From an uncultured Gammaproteobacteria bacterium (GTDB lineage Bacteria; Patescibacteriota; Patescibacteriia; UBA9934): a DNA stretch of 64,000 nucleotides. This document shows positions 1-8,833 of this stretch, one piece after another (positions within the stretch are counted from its first letter, which is position 1; each line of letters starts with the position of its first letter). Where the stretch lies: NCBI GenBank assembly GCA_964394565.1, contig CAYMYA010000001.1, forward strand, positions 4,124-68,123. The letters are read 5' to 3'. The translations under genes and the position numbers were made by a program. The notes below the pieces were generated by a model that made no database searches, was not told the DNA's origin, and saw only the letters and a program-made list of their open reading frames with translations.

Positions 1-893
1 GTTTCCACGCGGCGTTCGAGAAACGAAACAAGCTTTGCGGCAACAGGAACGCCTGTGGCCTTGCTGATACCTTCTAGTCCTGGGTTGCTATTGACTTCGA
101 TGATTTTGGGTCCATCTTTTGTGCGGAGAATATCGACACCGGCGATATCGAGCCCGAGGAGTAGAGTCGCCTTAATTGCGAGTTTCTTTTCTGCAGCAGA
201 CAGCTCGACGGTGCCAACACTACCGCCTTTGTGAAAGTTTGCACGGAACTCGCCCGGTTTTGCGGAGCGCTCCATGGAAGCGAGGATCTTTTTTCCTGCA
301 ACAAATACACGAATATCTTTCCCCTGTGCTTCCTCGATATATTCTTGAACCTTCACGAAGCCCCGTTCTTTCTTGGTGAGATAGTCGACAATTGGTGCGA
401 GTGAACGCATGGATTCTGCAATAAATACCCCAGTGCCGTGTGTACCGTAAATGCTTTTAATGATGACGGGAAACGTAAATTCCTTGACCGCACTTTCTAA
501 CATTGATGCGTCGCCAACAACATGTGTTTTTGGTACCGGGAGACCGAAGTGGTTGAGCATTTGCAGGGTGCGAATTTTATTCTTTGTACGAAATACTCCA
601 ATGTACGTATTGATGACGTAAAATCCTGCAAGTTGAAATTGTTTAATAATGGAAGCATTGACGCTTGGGTCTGCGGTAAATCCAGGGCGGACGAGAATAA
701 CATCGAAATCTTCCGGATTGATAATTTGACCTTGGTATGTGAGCGTCTTTCCGTTTCCAAAGACAAGGCTGACGTGTTTTGCATAAAGCATCTTGACGCT
801 GTGGCCGCGCTTCTTTGCTTCCGTCACAATACTTGCGGTTCCGACGGCAATATGTTCTTTTCTGGTAACGAAGCTGAGAATTCCGAGACGCAT
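1..893 (-). CDS. RimK-family ATP-grasp ligase (3' end runs off the window)
   Basis: Not in the ORF track. Manual translation from ATG 893 gives MRLGILSFVTRKEH...KNKIRTLQMLNHFGLPVPKT...GVDILRTKDGPKIIEVNSNPGLEGISKATG, which carries the RimK/LysX motifs. Confidence 0.88.
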   Translation of the reverse strand, partial: MRLGILSFVTRKEHIAVGTASIVTEAKKRGHSVKMLYAKHVSLVFGNGKTLTYQGQIINPEDFDVILVRPGFTADPSVNASIIKQFQLAGFYVINTYIGVFRTKNKIRTLQMLNHFGLPVPKTHVVGDASMLESAVKEFTFPVIIKSIYGTHGTGVFIAESMRSLAPIVDYLTKKERGFVKVQEYIEEAQGKDIRVFVAGKKILASMERSAKPGEFRANFHKGGSVGTVELSAAEKKLAIKATLLLGLDIAGVDILRTKDGPKIIEVNSNPGLEGISKATGVPVAAKLVSFLERRVE

Positions 894-937
894 AGAATGC
901 GGATGAATGGTGAGGGGAATGCCTTGAGGCCGAAAGT

Positions 938-1963
938 TTAGGTTCGTGCGCGGATGTCGTCAAGAATGATGTGGAGCTCCTCCGCGGTTTTTGCAGTCAT
1001 CATGCGCTCTCGGTCGGGCTTCATGTGAGAAATGCCCTTGAAATACCAGCTCATGTGTTTACGAAACGTGGTCACGGCACCTGGACCATATTGCTCGAGG
1101 TGGAGCGCGAGATGGTAGCGAACTACTGCAATACGTTCTTCCAGGCTGACGGGCGTGGGTGTTTCGCCGCGGGCAATCTGCAAGTATTCCCGGAAGATCC
1201 ACGGATTGCCTAGCGCGCCGCGGGCAATAAGTACGCCATCGCAACTGGATGTTTCGAGTGCTTGTGGAATGCGTGCGGAGGTGTGTATGTCACCATTACA
1301 TAATACCGGAATTGAAACTGCGCGCTTGACACGCCCGACCATGTCCCAATCTGCGACACCGGAATAGCCTTGGGTTTTTGTTCTGCCATGCACCGTGAGA
1401 AGATCAACCCCGGAATCTTCAAGAACTTTTGCGAAGAGTATTGCTTCCGTTGGATCGCTCCACCCCAAACGAATCTTCACAGAAAGCGGAACACGGATGA
1501 CGTTCTTGATTGCGCTCACGATGTGTGCAGCAAGTGCGGGTTCTTTCATGAGTGCTGCACCGTTGAAATTGTGCACGATTTTATAGACCGGACAGCCCAT
1601 GTTGATATCAAAACCTTCCGGGTGATGTTCATCGGTAATCATGCGAGCCGCTTCTGCCATGATTACGGGATCGCTTCCAAAAAGCTGCTGCACGAGCGGC
1701 CGTTCGTCTGCGTGTATTTCCGTCATGCCCAACGTTTTATTGTTTTTTCGCACTACTGCTTCACTCGAAACCATTTCTCGAAAAACAATTGGATACTCTC
1801 TACTCGCGCCTCCTTCTTCGTTCATTCGGAGCTTCGGAGGGACAAGCCGTACCTCGTTCTGTGTCACTGCTTTCACGACACGACAAAACGCACTATCCGT
1901 CATGTCTGCCATGGGGGAGAGCGCAATAATGGGTTTTGGGAGTGCGGACCAGTCGAGACGCAT
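938..1963 (-). CDS. dusB: tRNA-dihydrouridine synthase B
   Basis: Motifs LSPMADMTD, DINMGCP, SVKIRLG, TVHGRT, NGDI and ARGALGNPW. Start placed at MRLDW (ATG 1963). Confidence 0.92.
   Translation of the reverse strand: MRLDWSALPKPIIALSPMADMTDSAFCRVVKAVTQNEVRLVPPKLRMNEEGGASREYPIVFREMVSSEAVVRKNNKTLGMTEIHADERPLVQQLFGSDPVIMAEAARMITDEHHPEGFDINMGCPVYKIVHNFNGAALMKEPALAAHIVSAIKNVIRVPLSVKIRLGWSDPTEAILFAKVLEDSGVDLLTVHGRTKTQGYSGVADWDMVGRVKRAVSIPVLCNGDIHTSARIPQALETSSCDGVLIARGALGNPWIFREYLQIARGETPTPVSLEERIAVVRYHLALHLEQYGPGAVTTFRKHMSWYFKGISHMKPDRERMMTAKTAEELHIILDDIRART
1808..1848. repeat. REP-like palindromic element inserted in frame in dusB
   Basis: CCTCC-TTCTTCGTTCATTCGGAGCTTC-GGAGG-GACAAG hairpin. It lies in an extra segment (RLVPPKLRMNEEGG) between the DusB motifs FCRVVK and FREMVS. 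Confidence 0.6.
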
Positions 1964-2009
1964 AGTAAAAGAAGTATACGGTATTGGGCTCAGTTCCCAC
2001 GAAGCGAGA

Positions 2010-2141
2010 GCGACGAGGGGTATTGGCGCTCGGGTGGCGTCGAGGGAGGCCTCCAGAGGCGCGCAGACCGACTTTGTCGGTTCGAGCACCTATGGAGTCC
2101 GAGACGACAGGATCCGTCAGTATGCTCATACCCCTCGTCGC
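2010..2141. repeat. Long nested inverted repeat (REPIN/MITE-like element or structured RNA)
   Basis: Perfect 14-bp terminal inverted repeat GCGACGAGGGGTAT/ATACCCCTCGTCGC, with inner stems CTCCA/TGGAG and ACCGAC-TTT-GTCGGT. Confidence 0.7.
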
Positions 2142-2176
2142 CCGAGCGAAGCCTCTATCATGATACAATCGTGCAT

Positions 2177-2401
2177 ATGATGCAAAATATTGAATTTTCT
2201 GAGGAAGAACTGTTCGAGACGATCTGTGAAGAGGGTGTGATACAGGGTGTCGCCACGGAAGCAGCCTATGCGGAGCTCGTCGACGAAATCATCGAGGATT
2301 TGCGAAGAGAATCTGAGTTGGACGACGATCAAAATTTGCCAGGACATGCGGATCACCTCAAGTCGCGGTTTGCGGAATACATTTCACGCATAGCGGAATA
2401 A
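2177..2401 (+). CDS. Small acidic hypothetical protein (74 aa)
   Basis: C-terminal part of ORF 1370..2401, from MMQNIEFSEEELF. Very Glu/Asp-rich. TG-n-TACAAT lies just upstream and the gene abuts the next one. Confidence 0.75.
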   Translation: MMQNIEFSEEELFETICEEGVIQGVATEAAYAELVDEIIEDLRRESELDDDQNLPGHADHLKSRFAEYISRIAE

Positions 2402-2402
2402 T

Positions 2403-3767
2403 ATGCGGCTGACGTTTCACGGTGGCGTTGAAGACGTGACGGGGTCATGTTTTTTGCTGGAAACGTCAAAAGGAAAATTGTTAATTGATTGTGGGATGCA
2501 TCAGGGTGAACGCATGTGCTCCCAGAAAAATCTTGAGCCGTTTGGGTTCACGCCTGCACATCTGACGTCTGTCGTGGTGACGCATGCGCATTTTGATCAC
2601 ACGGGGCGCATACCGGTAGTAGTCAAAGAAGGATACACGGGAAAAATTTTCATGACGCCACCCACAAAAGCGCTCACACAAATCGTCCTTGAGGATTCCG
2701 TGCACGTCATGGCGGAGAATGCGAAAAAATGTGGTGACCCTGTACCATACGAAGCTCACGATCTCACGGCAATGTTAGAAGCAGTGGTGACGGTGCCGTA
2801 TCATCACGTTATTGAACTGTTTGATGGTGTGACGGCAGAGTTTTTTGATGCGGGGCATATTTTAGGGTCGTCGTTTGTACGTGTGATCGCGACTGACGGT
2901 ATGGAAACAAAATCATTTATTTTTAGTGGCGATATTGGGAATGATGACGTGCCGATTTTGCCCGCCACGGAAGATCGTCCTGCAACGGATTTTGTGGTGT
3001 GCGAAGCCACATATGGCGGAGGAGAGCATGAACCGACGAGCATGCGCGAAGCAAAGCTTGGGGAGTTTGTGAAAAAGATTATTGGTCGCGGCGGAACGGT
3101 ATTGTTGCCAGCATTTTCTGTGGAGCGAACCCAGGAAATTTTATTCGCTTTGGATCAATTACTTCAGCGTGGCGAAATTCCGCACGTGCCGATGTATTTG
3201 GACAGTCCACTCGCGATTAAAGCGACGACGGTATACAGGCATTTTCATGAGTATTTATCGTTTGAACATCCCGCTGCACCCGGGAAGGACGACGACTGGT
3301 TTCGGTTTCCAACATTGACGGAAACGTTATCTGTCGACGCCTCAAAACACATTAACGAAGATCGGCGGCCGAAAGTTATCATTGCGGGAAATGGCATGAT
3401 GACGGGTGGGAGAATTATGCATCATTTGGCGCAGTATGTTGACGACGAAAGATCGGGGATTCTTATTGTGGGCTATCAGGCAAAATACACACTCGGAAAG
3501 ACGATTCAAGGTGGTGCAAAAGAGATTAGGATTTTTGGTGATACGCGAAGTGTTCGGGCAACTGTTGAAACAATTGATGCCTTTTCAGCACACGGGGATC
3601 AGAAAAAGCTCACGCGGTTTATTCGCGGCACGGGGGCGTTGCCAGAAACGGTGTTTTTAGTGCACGGCGAAACGGAAACGAAAGAACAATTTGCTGAACA
3701 TTTGCGCGTGGTGTTGGGCGTGACGGTTGACATTCCACATGTTGAACAGACCTATGAGATTCTCTAA
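2403..3767 (+). CDS. Metallo-beta-lactamase/beta-CASP family ribonuclease
   Basis: Motifs THAHFDHTG, AGHILGS, SGDIG, CEATYG, FSAHGD and LVHGE. Confidence 0.93.
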   Translation: MRLTFHGGVEDVTGSCFLLETSKGKLLIDCGMHQGERMCSQKNLEPFGFTPAHLTSVVVTHAHFDHTGRIPVVVKEGYTGKIFMTPPTKALTQIVLEDSVHVMAENAKKCGDPVPYEAHDLTAMLEAVVTVPYHHVIELFDGVTAEFFDAGHILGSSFVRVIATDGMETKSFIFSGDIGNDDVPILPATEDRPATDFVVCEATYGGGEHEPTSMREAKLGEFVKKIIGRGGTVLLPAFSVERTQEILFALDQLLQRGEIPHVPMYLDSPLAIKATTVYRHFHEYLSFEHPAAPGKDDDWFRFPTLTETLSVDASKHINEDRRPKVIIAGNGMMTGGRIMHHLAQYVDDERSGILIVGYQAKYTLGKTIQGGAKEIRIFGDTRSVRATVETIDAFSAHGDQKKLTRFIRGTGALPETVFLVHGETETKEQFAEHLRVVLGVTVDIPHVEQTYEIL

Positions 3768-4341
3768 GATTGTTCTGGTGACGGGAATCGGGGTTCTCTC
3801 ATATGCGCTTGTCATCGGGCGACATTTTGAGACAACGTGGGCTGGGGGAATGGGATATCGACCACACACGGTGGTGGTGACGGTAGCGGATGAGAAAACG
3901 ATTGACGTTGCGTGCGATCTTGTTGATCCGACTCGAGAGAATATCATCACGTGTTCTGGACAACGAAAAAAAATCACCTTTGGTACTTCTACAATTTGGC
4001 TAGACGAACATACACAACTTGTGGTGACTGAACATAGAGAAGGGTCTGAAGCCCTGACGTTTTACGGTGGGAGAATTGTGGTACAGGGACCAACGGTGCT
4101 TCATGTACGTGATCTTGTGTTTCGTGTGACAGATCGTGCAAGCCTCGTGAATTTCGGCTGGCTCTCAAAACTTGATGTGCACGCTATTTCTGGTGACGTC
4201 ACCGAAGCATCAACAGTCGTTCCTTCCGGAACAGCAGCACGGTTTGATACCCTCGTACCATATGACGACACGGAAGAGATCGCGACGAACTTTGCTGATT
4301 CGAGCGCCGCGGCGTTCTACGCGTGGGTTGAAAGTCACTAA
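3754..4341 (+). CDS. Membrane-anchored FecR-like beta-rich protein
   Basis: N-terminal hydrophobic segment, then STIWLDEHTQLVV...LTFYGGRIVV, which resembles a FecR domain. Start at MRFSK. Confidence 0.55.
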   Translation: MRFSKIVLVTGIGVLSYALVIGRHFETTWAGGMGYRPHTVVVTVADEKTIDVACDLVDPTRENIITCSGQRKKITFGTSTIWLDEHTQLVVTEHREGSEALTFYGGRIVVQGPTVLHVRDLVFRVTDRASLVNFGWLSKLDVHAISGDVTEASTVVPSGTAARFDTLVPYDDTEEIATNFADSSAAAFYAWVESH

Positions 4342-5239
4342 GTTTCACGCAATTGTTTTTGCATGGTTCAAGAAAAACGGTCGTGATCTGCCGTGGCGAA
4401 GAACGAATGATCCATATGCGATTGCACTTTCGGAAATTATGTTGCAACAGACGCAGGTCGATCGCGTGATTCCAAAATGGCGCGCATTTTTGGAGGCATT
4501 TCCCACGTGGAAGGATCTTGCAGAGGCGAAAACGTCGGATGTGCTCCGGTTATGGAAGGGGCTCGGCTACAACCGTCGTGCCGTCATGGTACATCGACTC
4601 GCGAAAGCAGTTGTCGATCAGGACGGGGAATTGCCGAACGATATTGCTGCAATGAAAAAGCTTCCGGGAATCGGTGAATACACCGCGAATGCGGTTGCTG
4701 CGTTTGCATTTTGTAATGCTGATGCCGCTCCCGTCGACACGAATATCATCCGGATTCTTCGGCGCGTATTCCCGCGCCATCGTTCTGATCCAAAATCGAT
4801 GCAGCAGCTAGCACGTCAAATTTCTCCGGGAAGGGTTTACGCAAATGATTCCCGATCGGGAAAGATATGCGTAAGTTCCGATTGGAATGTGTGGACGTGG
4901 AACCACGCATTGATGGATATCGGTGCGCTGCATTGTTCATCGCGGGGCCATGTATGGGGGCTGTGTCCGCTCGCGCCGTTGCACGGGTCGAAGGAGAAGG
5001 CAGAGGAACAAGGGTCTCCGATGATGAAGCGTGTGAAATTTGAAGACACAGACCGGTATTTCCGCGGGCGAATTGTCGATCAACTGCGTGAAGGGCCGAT
5101 GACGCTGAAGGCGTTGCGAGCACTTCCAGTTTTTGATCGTCTCAACGACGAACATTTTGCGACGCTTGTGAAAAGGGTTGTGCACGATGGTGTCGCGGAA
5201 GTACACAAAAATAAGGTATTCTTGAGCGGTGATGGGTAA
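4328..5239 (+). CDS. mutY: A/G-specific adenine glycosylase, short form
   Basis: RDLPWR, SEIMLQQTQV, WKGLGYNRRA, HhH motif LPGIGEYTA, PVDTN. No NUDIX-like C-terminal domain. TTG start inferred. Confidence 0.88.
   Translation: MKVTKFHAIVFAWFKKNGRDLPWRRTNDPYAIALSEIMLQQTQVDRVIPKWRAFLEAFPTWKDLAEAKTSDVLRLWKGLGYNRRAVMVHRLAKAVVDQDGELPNDIAAMKKLPGIGEYTANAVAAFAFCNADAAPVDTNIIRILRRVFPRHRSDPKSMQQLARQISPGRVYANDSRSGKICVSSDWNVWTWNHALMDIGALHCSSRGHVWGLCPLAPLHGSKEKAEEQGSPMMKRVKFEDTDRYFRGRIVDQLREGPMTLKALRALPVFDRLNDEHFATLVKRVVHDGVAEVHKNKVFLSGDG
4837..4874. repeat. 38-bp palindromic element, copy 1 (inside mutY)
   Basis: TTACGCAAAT-GA-TTCCCGATCGGGAA-AG-ATATGCGTAA. Similar to 24751..24787. Confidence 0.75.
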
Positions 5240-5302
5240 TGTTAATGCTAAGCTTTGACTTTTTCGTTATGTTGAGTACGGCGAAGACTCTTAAATCGTC
5301 AT

Positions 5303-5605
5303 ATGAACATCAATAAAAAACGAGTGTGGTATGCATTGGGTATTGGGTTCTTTGTTTCGCTCCCGATTCTGTATGTATATCTCGTTGGCGAAGTTCCGGA
5401 GGATACGATAATGGATACGTTAGCGGGCGTACTTATGACCCCGGCGATGCTGCTTGCGATGCCACTGCTCTTCCTTGCACCGTTCTTTGAAAATCCTGAC
5501 TGGTACGTGCTCGGAGTATTTTTTTACATTATTCCTTTTCTGAGCGTTACGATGTACGCTCTGCTTGGATACGCAGGACTCGCGCTGACCGCAAAAAAGA
5601 AATAA
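5303..5605 (+). CDS. Small membrane protein (about 3 TM)
   Basis: 100 aa with three hydrophobic stretches. Confidence 0.7.
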   Translation: MNINKKRVWYALGIGFFVSLPILYVYLVGEVPEDTIMDTLAGVLMTPAMLLAMPLLFLAPFFENPDWYVLGVFFYIIPFLSVTMYALLGYAGLALTAKKK

Positions 5606-5607
5606 TT

Positions 5608-5895
5608 ATGGCACTCTTAGAATTTTACGGTGACACATGCCCGCACTGTATTGAGATGAATCCGATGGTGGAGAAAGTTGAGAAGGATCTTGGGGTGACG
5701 ATTGAGAAGCTCGAGGTATGGAATAATGAGGAGAATGCGAAGCGCCTCGAAGGTATCGACAACGGACTGTGTGGCGGTGTGCCGTTTTTCTATAATGAGG
5801 AAACGAAAACGTTTATCTGTGGATCGAGTGATGAAGAAACCGTGACGCGTTGGGCAAAAGGTGAGAAGGGTGAAGGAATCGGCGGAGGAGAGTAA
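5608..5895 (+). CDS. Thioredoxin/glutaredoxin-like protein
   Basis: FYGDTCPHC active site and the cis-Pro motif CGGVPFF. Confidence 0.85.
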   Translation: MALLEFYGDTCPHCIEMNPMVEKVEKDLGVTIEKLEVWNNEENAKRLEGIDNGLCGGVPFFYNEETKTFICGSSDEETVTRWAKGEKGEGIGGGE

Positions 5896-5897
5896 TT

Positions 5898-6218
5898 ATG
5901 ACATTGCGCACATCGATGGTAAAAACACCAAAGCCCCTGGGAGGGCTTTTGGTTGTTTTGTCGATGATGGTGTTGAGTGGCGCTGGCTGTACGACGGTGC
6001 AAAATGCAGAATCGAGCATCGCGACGGCAACCGTCATGATTCAAGAGAAAACTTCTGCGCTTCAAGCTGCCATCGAGAGTGCTCAAGCGACGTACGAAAA
6101 GGCGAAGGCGATGTACGAGATTCTGAATCCGCCAACTGAAGCAGATCCTACTCCATCCGCTCCACCCACCGAGGATCAACCGCAACCTGCAACTGAAGAA
6201 AATACTTCTTCCCAGTAA
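5898..6218 (+). CDS. Putative lipoprotein
   Basis: Signal peptide with lipobox LSGAGC, a helical segment, and a Pro/Thr/Glu-rich tail. Confidence 0.65.
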   Translation: MTLRTSMVKTPKPLGGLLVVLSMMVLSGAGCTTVQNAESSIATATVMIQEKTSALQAAIESAQATYEKAKAMYEILNPPTEADPTPSAPPTEDQPQPATEENTSSQ

Positions 6219-7002
6219 CCGCCTCGAGTTCTCGGCGTGTGGACTGGCCAATTTCCTTAATGCCTCGCCCGCCCGCTCCAATGATCATCGGCTTGTAGCG
6301 TTCGGAGTGCGTAAAAATTGTTGCGTCGACGAATACCGTGCCGTTCTCTTGAATATCGATACTATTCACCTCAACGTGCGTTGAGTATGGCACTTCTTCA
6401 CGTAAGCGGAGGAAAAGTTTTTCGCGAATCAATTCCGCGAGCCACTCCTCATTGCCCATGCTTGTCAGCTGAAATTCAGGATACAAGAATTCGCCTTCAG
6501 GCATCTGTTCCCAAATCCACTTCTCCAGAAGATCCGTGTTTTTCGCAGTCATCGCCGATACCTCCACGTATGCATCGAACTTTTCGCCAAGATCGCGGTA
6601 ATACTCAACGAAATTCTTAGACGCTTTGTCGTCCATTTTGTTGATGACGAGCAGTTTAGGAATCGTAATCTTTTCCACGAGACGGAATGCCTGTTTCTCT
6701 TCGTCACCAATCGGTCGCGTCGGGTCGACGACATACAGCACTGCGTTCACGTCGCGGAGGGAGTCCTTGGCATATGCGTTGAGCTTGTTCGTGAGCGTGT
6801 CGCGAGCCTTCTGCATAATTCCCGGCGTATCCACAAACACCACCTGCCCCTGCGGGCGCGTGATGATTCCTTGGATTGGCCGACGTGTGGTTTGCGGCTT
6901 TGGCGTAGTAATCGCAACTTTTGTTCCAACTAACGTGTTGATGAGCGTGGATTTCCCGACGTTACTTCGTCCCACAATCGCAACCATTCCTGACTTTGGC
7001 AT
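6148..7002 (-). CDS. era: GTPase Era
   Basis: GRSNVGKST, PQTTR, DTPG and NKMD motifs; KH domain with IIGAGG. Start at MPKSG. Confidence 0.95.
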   Translation of the reverse strand: MPKSGMVAIVGRSNVGKSTLINTLVGTKVAITTPKPQTTRRPIQGIITRPQGQVVFVDTPGIMQKARDTLTNKLNAYAKDSLRDVNAVLYVVDPTRPIGDEEKQAFRLVEKITIPKLLVINKMDDKASKNFVEYYRDLGEKFDAYVEVSAMTAKNTDLLEKWIWEQMPEGEFLYPEFQLTSMGNEEWLAELIREKLFLRLREEVPYSTHVEVNSIDIQENGTVFVDATIFTHSERYKPMIIGAGGRGIKEIGQSTRRELEAVTGKKYFLQLQVAVDPRWVERME

Positions 7003-7018
7003 AGGTGATCTTCTGTTC

Positions 7019-7044
7019 GTCATCCCCGCGAGGCGGAGATCCAG
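7019..7044. repeat. REP-like element of the GTCATTCCCGCG type
   Basis: GTCATCCCCGCGAGGCGGAGATCCAG, matching the widespread GTCATTCCCGCG..GCGGGAATCCAG palindrome. It sits between rlmD and era. Confidence 0.55.
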
Positions 7045-7084
7045 TGAATCCGCTGAAACAGAAACAAAGAATAATGCGCGAAGA

Positions 7085-8320
7085 TTAGCGGGAAAAGCCG
7101 TTCTCGTCAACCGTCTCTATACTCGTCGTTGTTTTATCACCCTTCTTCACTAGCGCTGCCACAAGCTCGACGTGTGGGGTGTGGGGGAACATGTCCACGG
7201 CGCGGATGGCGTCGACGTTGTAGTGTTCGGAGAGCTGAACCATTTCGCGGGCGAAGTTTTTGTAGTTGCAAGAGATGTAGACGATGCGTTCGGGCTTGGC
7301 TGCGACCACGTCGGCGAGCGCTTTGTCGTGCATGCCGGAACGGGGAGGGTCGAGAATAACCACATCCGCGCCGAGTTTCATCCAATCGAAGTTTTCGGTT
7401 TTTGCATCGTGGAAATCGACCGTCACGTCGTTCAGCTCAGCGTTTACCCGAGCGTCCTTGATCGCATCAGCGACGAGTTCGACACCAATCGTCTTCTTTG
7501 CTTCACCGGCAAGCGCGATGCCAAAGAATCCTGTGCCGCAGTACAAATCGAGCAATGTCTTCTCCGTGAGATCGCCCGCAAACTCGCGTACCGTCGAAAG
7601 TAACATCGGTGCGGCGTACGAATTCGTTTGGAAGAATGCGTTTGGAGAAATGCGGAACCGCACGCCCTCGACGGTTTCTTCAATTGTTCCCGGACCGTCA
7701 ATCACGCGCAGCTCGTCGCCAAACGAAAGATCAGAGATGGTGTGATTGATCGACCACACCACCGTGGTGGCGCTGGCTTTCTTTGCGAGGTCGCGTAACG
7801 CGCGTTCGATTTGTGCGGTGTCATTGTTAAAGTCCACGAGTGTTGCTTCATTCTTTTCGCCGAGCTGATTCTCTCCGTTTGGCGCACTCGTCACGATGAT
7901 GATCATCGTTTCGCCCGTCGACGTTGCGCGGATGACGGCGTACCGCAGGGTGCCGATGTTCGATTTTCGATCGAAAAAGGAAAGTCCAGATTCCTTTACC
8001 CATGTTCGAACAATTGGAAAAAGTGCCTCGATCTTTTCGTCGCCTAAGAAACACGGGTGATCGTCGATCACTTTCCACCATTTTCCTTTTTCGCGCAGTC
8101 CCACTTCGCCTTGAAAGTTGATCACGAAATCCATGCGGTTGCGGTAATGTTCCGTTTTCGGGGCCGGAAACATTTCCTCAACACGTAGATCAAGTTTTTT
8201 GATTGCGAACGACCCGTTGATTTCGGAAAGTTTTTGCTGCAGTTGTTTTTCGTACGGGATATGGCTCCACCCACAAGAACCGCAGACGTCAGGGTTTGGG
8301 CACGGGGAAATATTGGTCAT
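7085..8320 (-). CDS. rlmD: 23S rRNA m5U methyltransferase, RlmD/TrmA family (no TRAM domain)
   Basis: Motifs CGSCGW, AFFQTN, LDLYCGTG, LDPPRSG, YISCN and DMFPHTPHVE. Confidence 0.88.
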   Translation of the reverse strand: MTNISPCPNPDVCGSCGWSHIPYEKQLQQKLSEINGSFAIKKLDLRVEEMFPAPKTEHYRNRMDFVINFQGEVGLREKGKWWKVIDDHPCFLGDEKIEALFPIVRTWVKESGLSFFDRKSNIGTLRYAVIRATSTGETMIIIVTSAPNGENQLGEKNEATLVDFNNDTAQIERALRDLAKKASATTVVWSINHTISDLSFGDELRVIDGPGTIEETVEGVRFRISPNAFFQTNSYAAPMLLSTVREFAGDLTEKTLLDLYCGTGFFGIALAGEAKKTIGVELVADAIKDARVNAELNDVTVDFHDAKTENFDWMKLGADVVILDPPRSGMHDKALADVVAAKPERIVYISCNYKNFAREMVQLSEHYNVDAIRAVDMFPHTPHVELVAALVKKGDKTTTSIETVDENGFSR

Positions 8321-8380
8321 ATTGGCGCGAAGTGTAGCGGTTTTTGCTCCAATGTGCAATATTTGGCATACTCTTGACGC

Positions 8381-8833
8381 ATGATTGTTCTCGCGCACAA
8401 TATTCGGAGCCTCCATAATGTTGGATCGATTCTTCGGAATGCTGCAGCGTTTGGAGTGGAAAAGGTGTATTTCACTGGATTTACCGGTGTTCCACCACGG
8501 AAGGATATCGCGAAGGTTTCCTTGGGTGCAGAAGATCTTGTGCCATGGGAAGCGGGGGAGATTCATGAGGTCATTGCCACGGTGAAAGCGCATGGGTACG
8601 CCGTGTTGGGGCTCGAGACTGGGCCGGACGCAATGCGCATTGAGGAGATTGTGCGTGCGGGATCTGTGAGAAAGATTGCACTTGTGCTTGGGAATGAAGT
8701 TGACGGAATCGATGCGGATACTCGTGTTATGCTAGATGGGCTTGTGATGATCCCGATGGAGAAAAAACAGTCCTTAAACGTTTCAGTGGCCAGTGGCGTT
8801 GCCATGTACGCGTTGAAATATTTGCACCTGTAG
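8381..8833 (+). CDS. SpoU/TrmH-family RNA methyltransferase
   Basis: Motifs HNVGSILRNAAAFG, LGNEVDG and SLNVSVA. Confidence 0.9.
   Translation: MIVLAHNIRSLHNVGSILRNAAAFGVEKVYFTGFTGVPPRKDIAKVSLGAEDLVPWEAGEIHEVIATVKAHGYAVLGLETGPDAMRIEEIVRAGSVRKIALVLGNEVDGIDADTRVMLDGLVMIPMEKKQSLNVSVASGVAMYALKYLHL

Noticed and set aside
1370-2176. N-terminal part of the 343-aa plus-strand ORF
   Set aside because: It is antisense to dusB and runs through the palindrome. Only the last 74 codons look like a real protein.
7830-7890. Possible palindromic insertion in rlmD (PNGENQLGEKNEATL loop)
   Set aside because: The stem relies on several G-T pairs and has no sister copy in the window.
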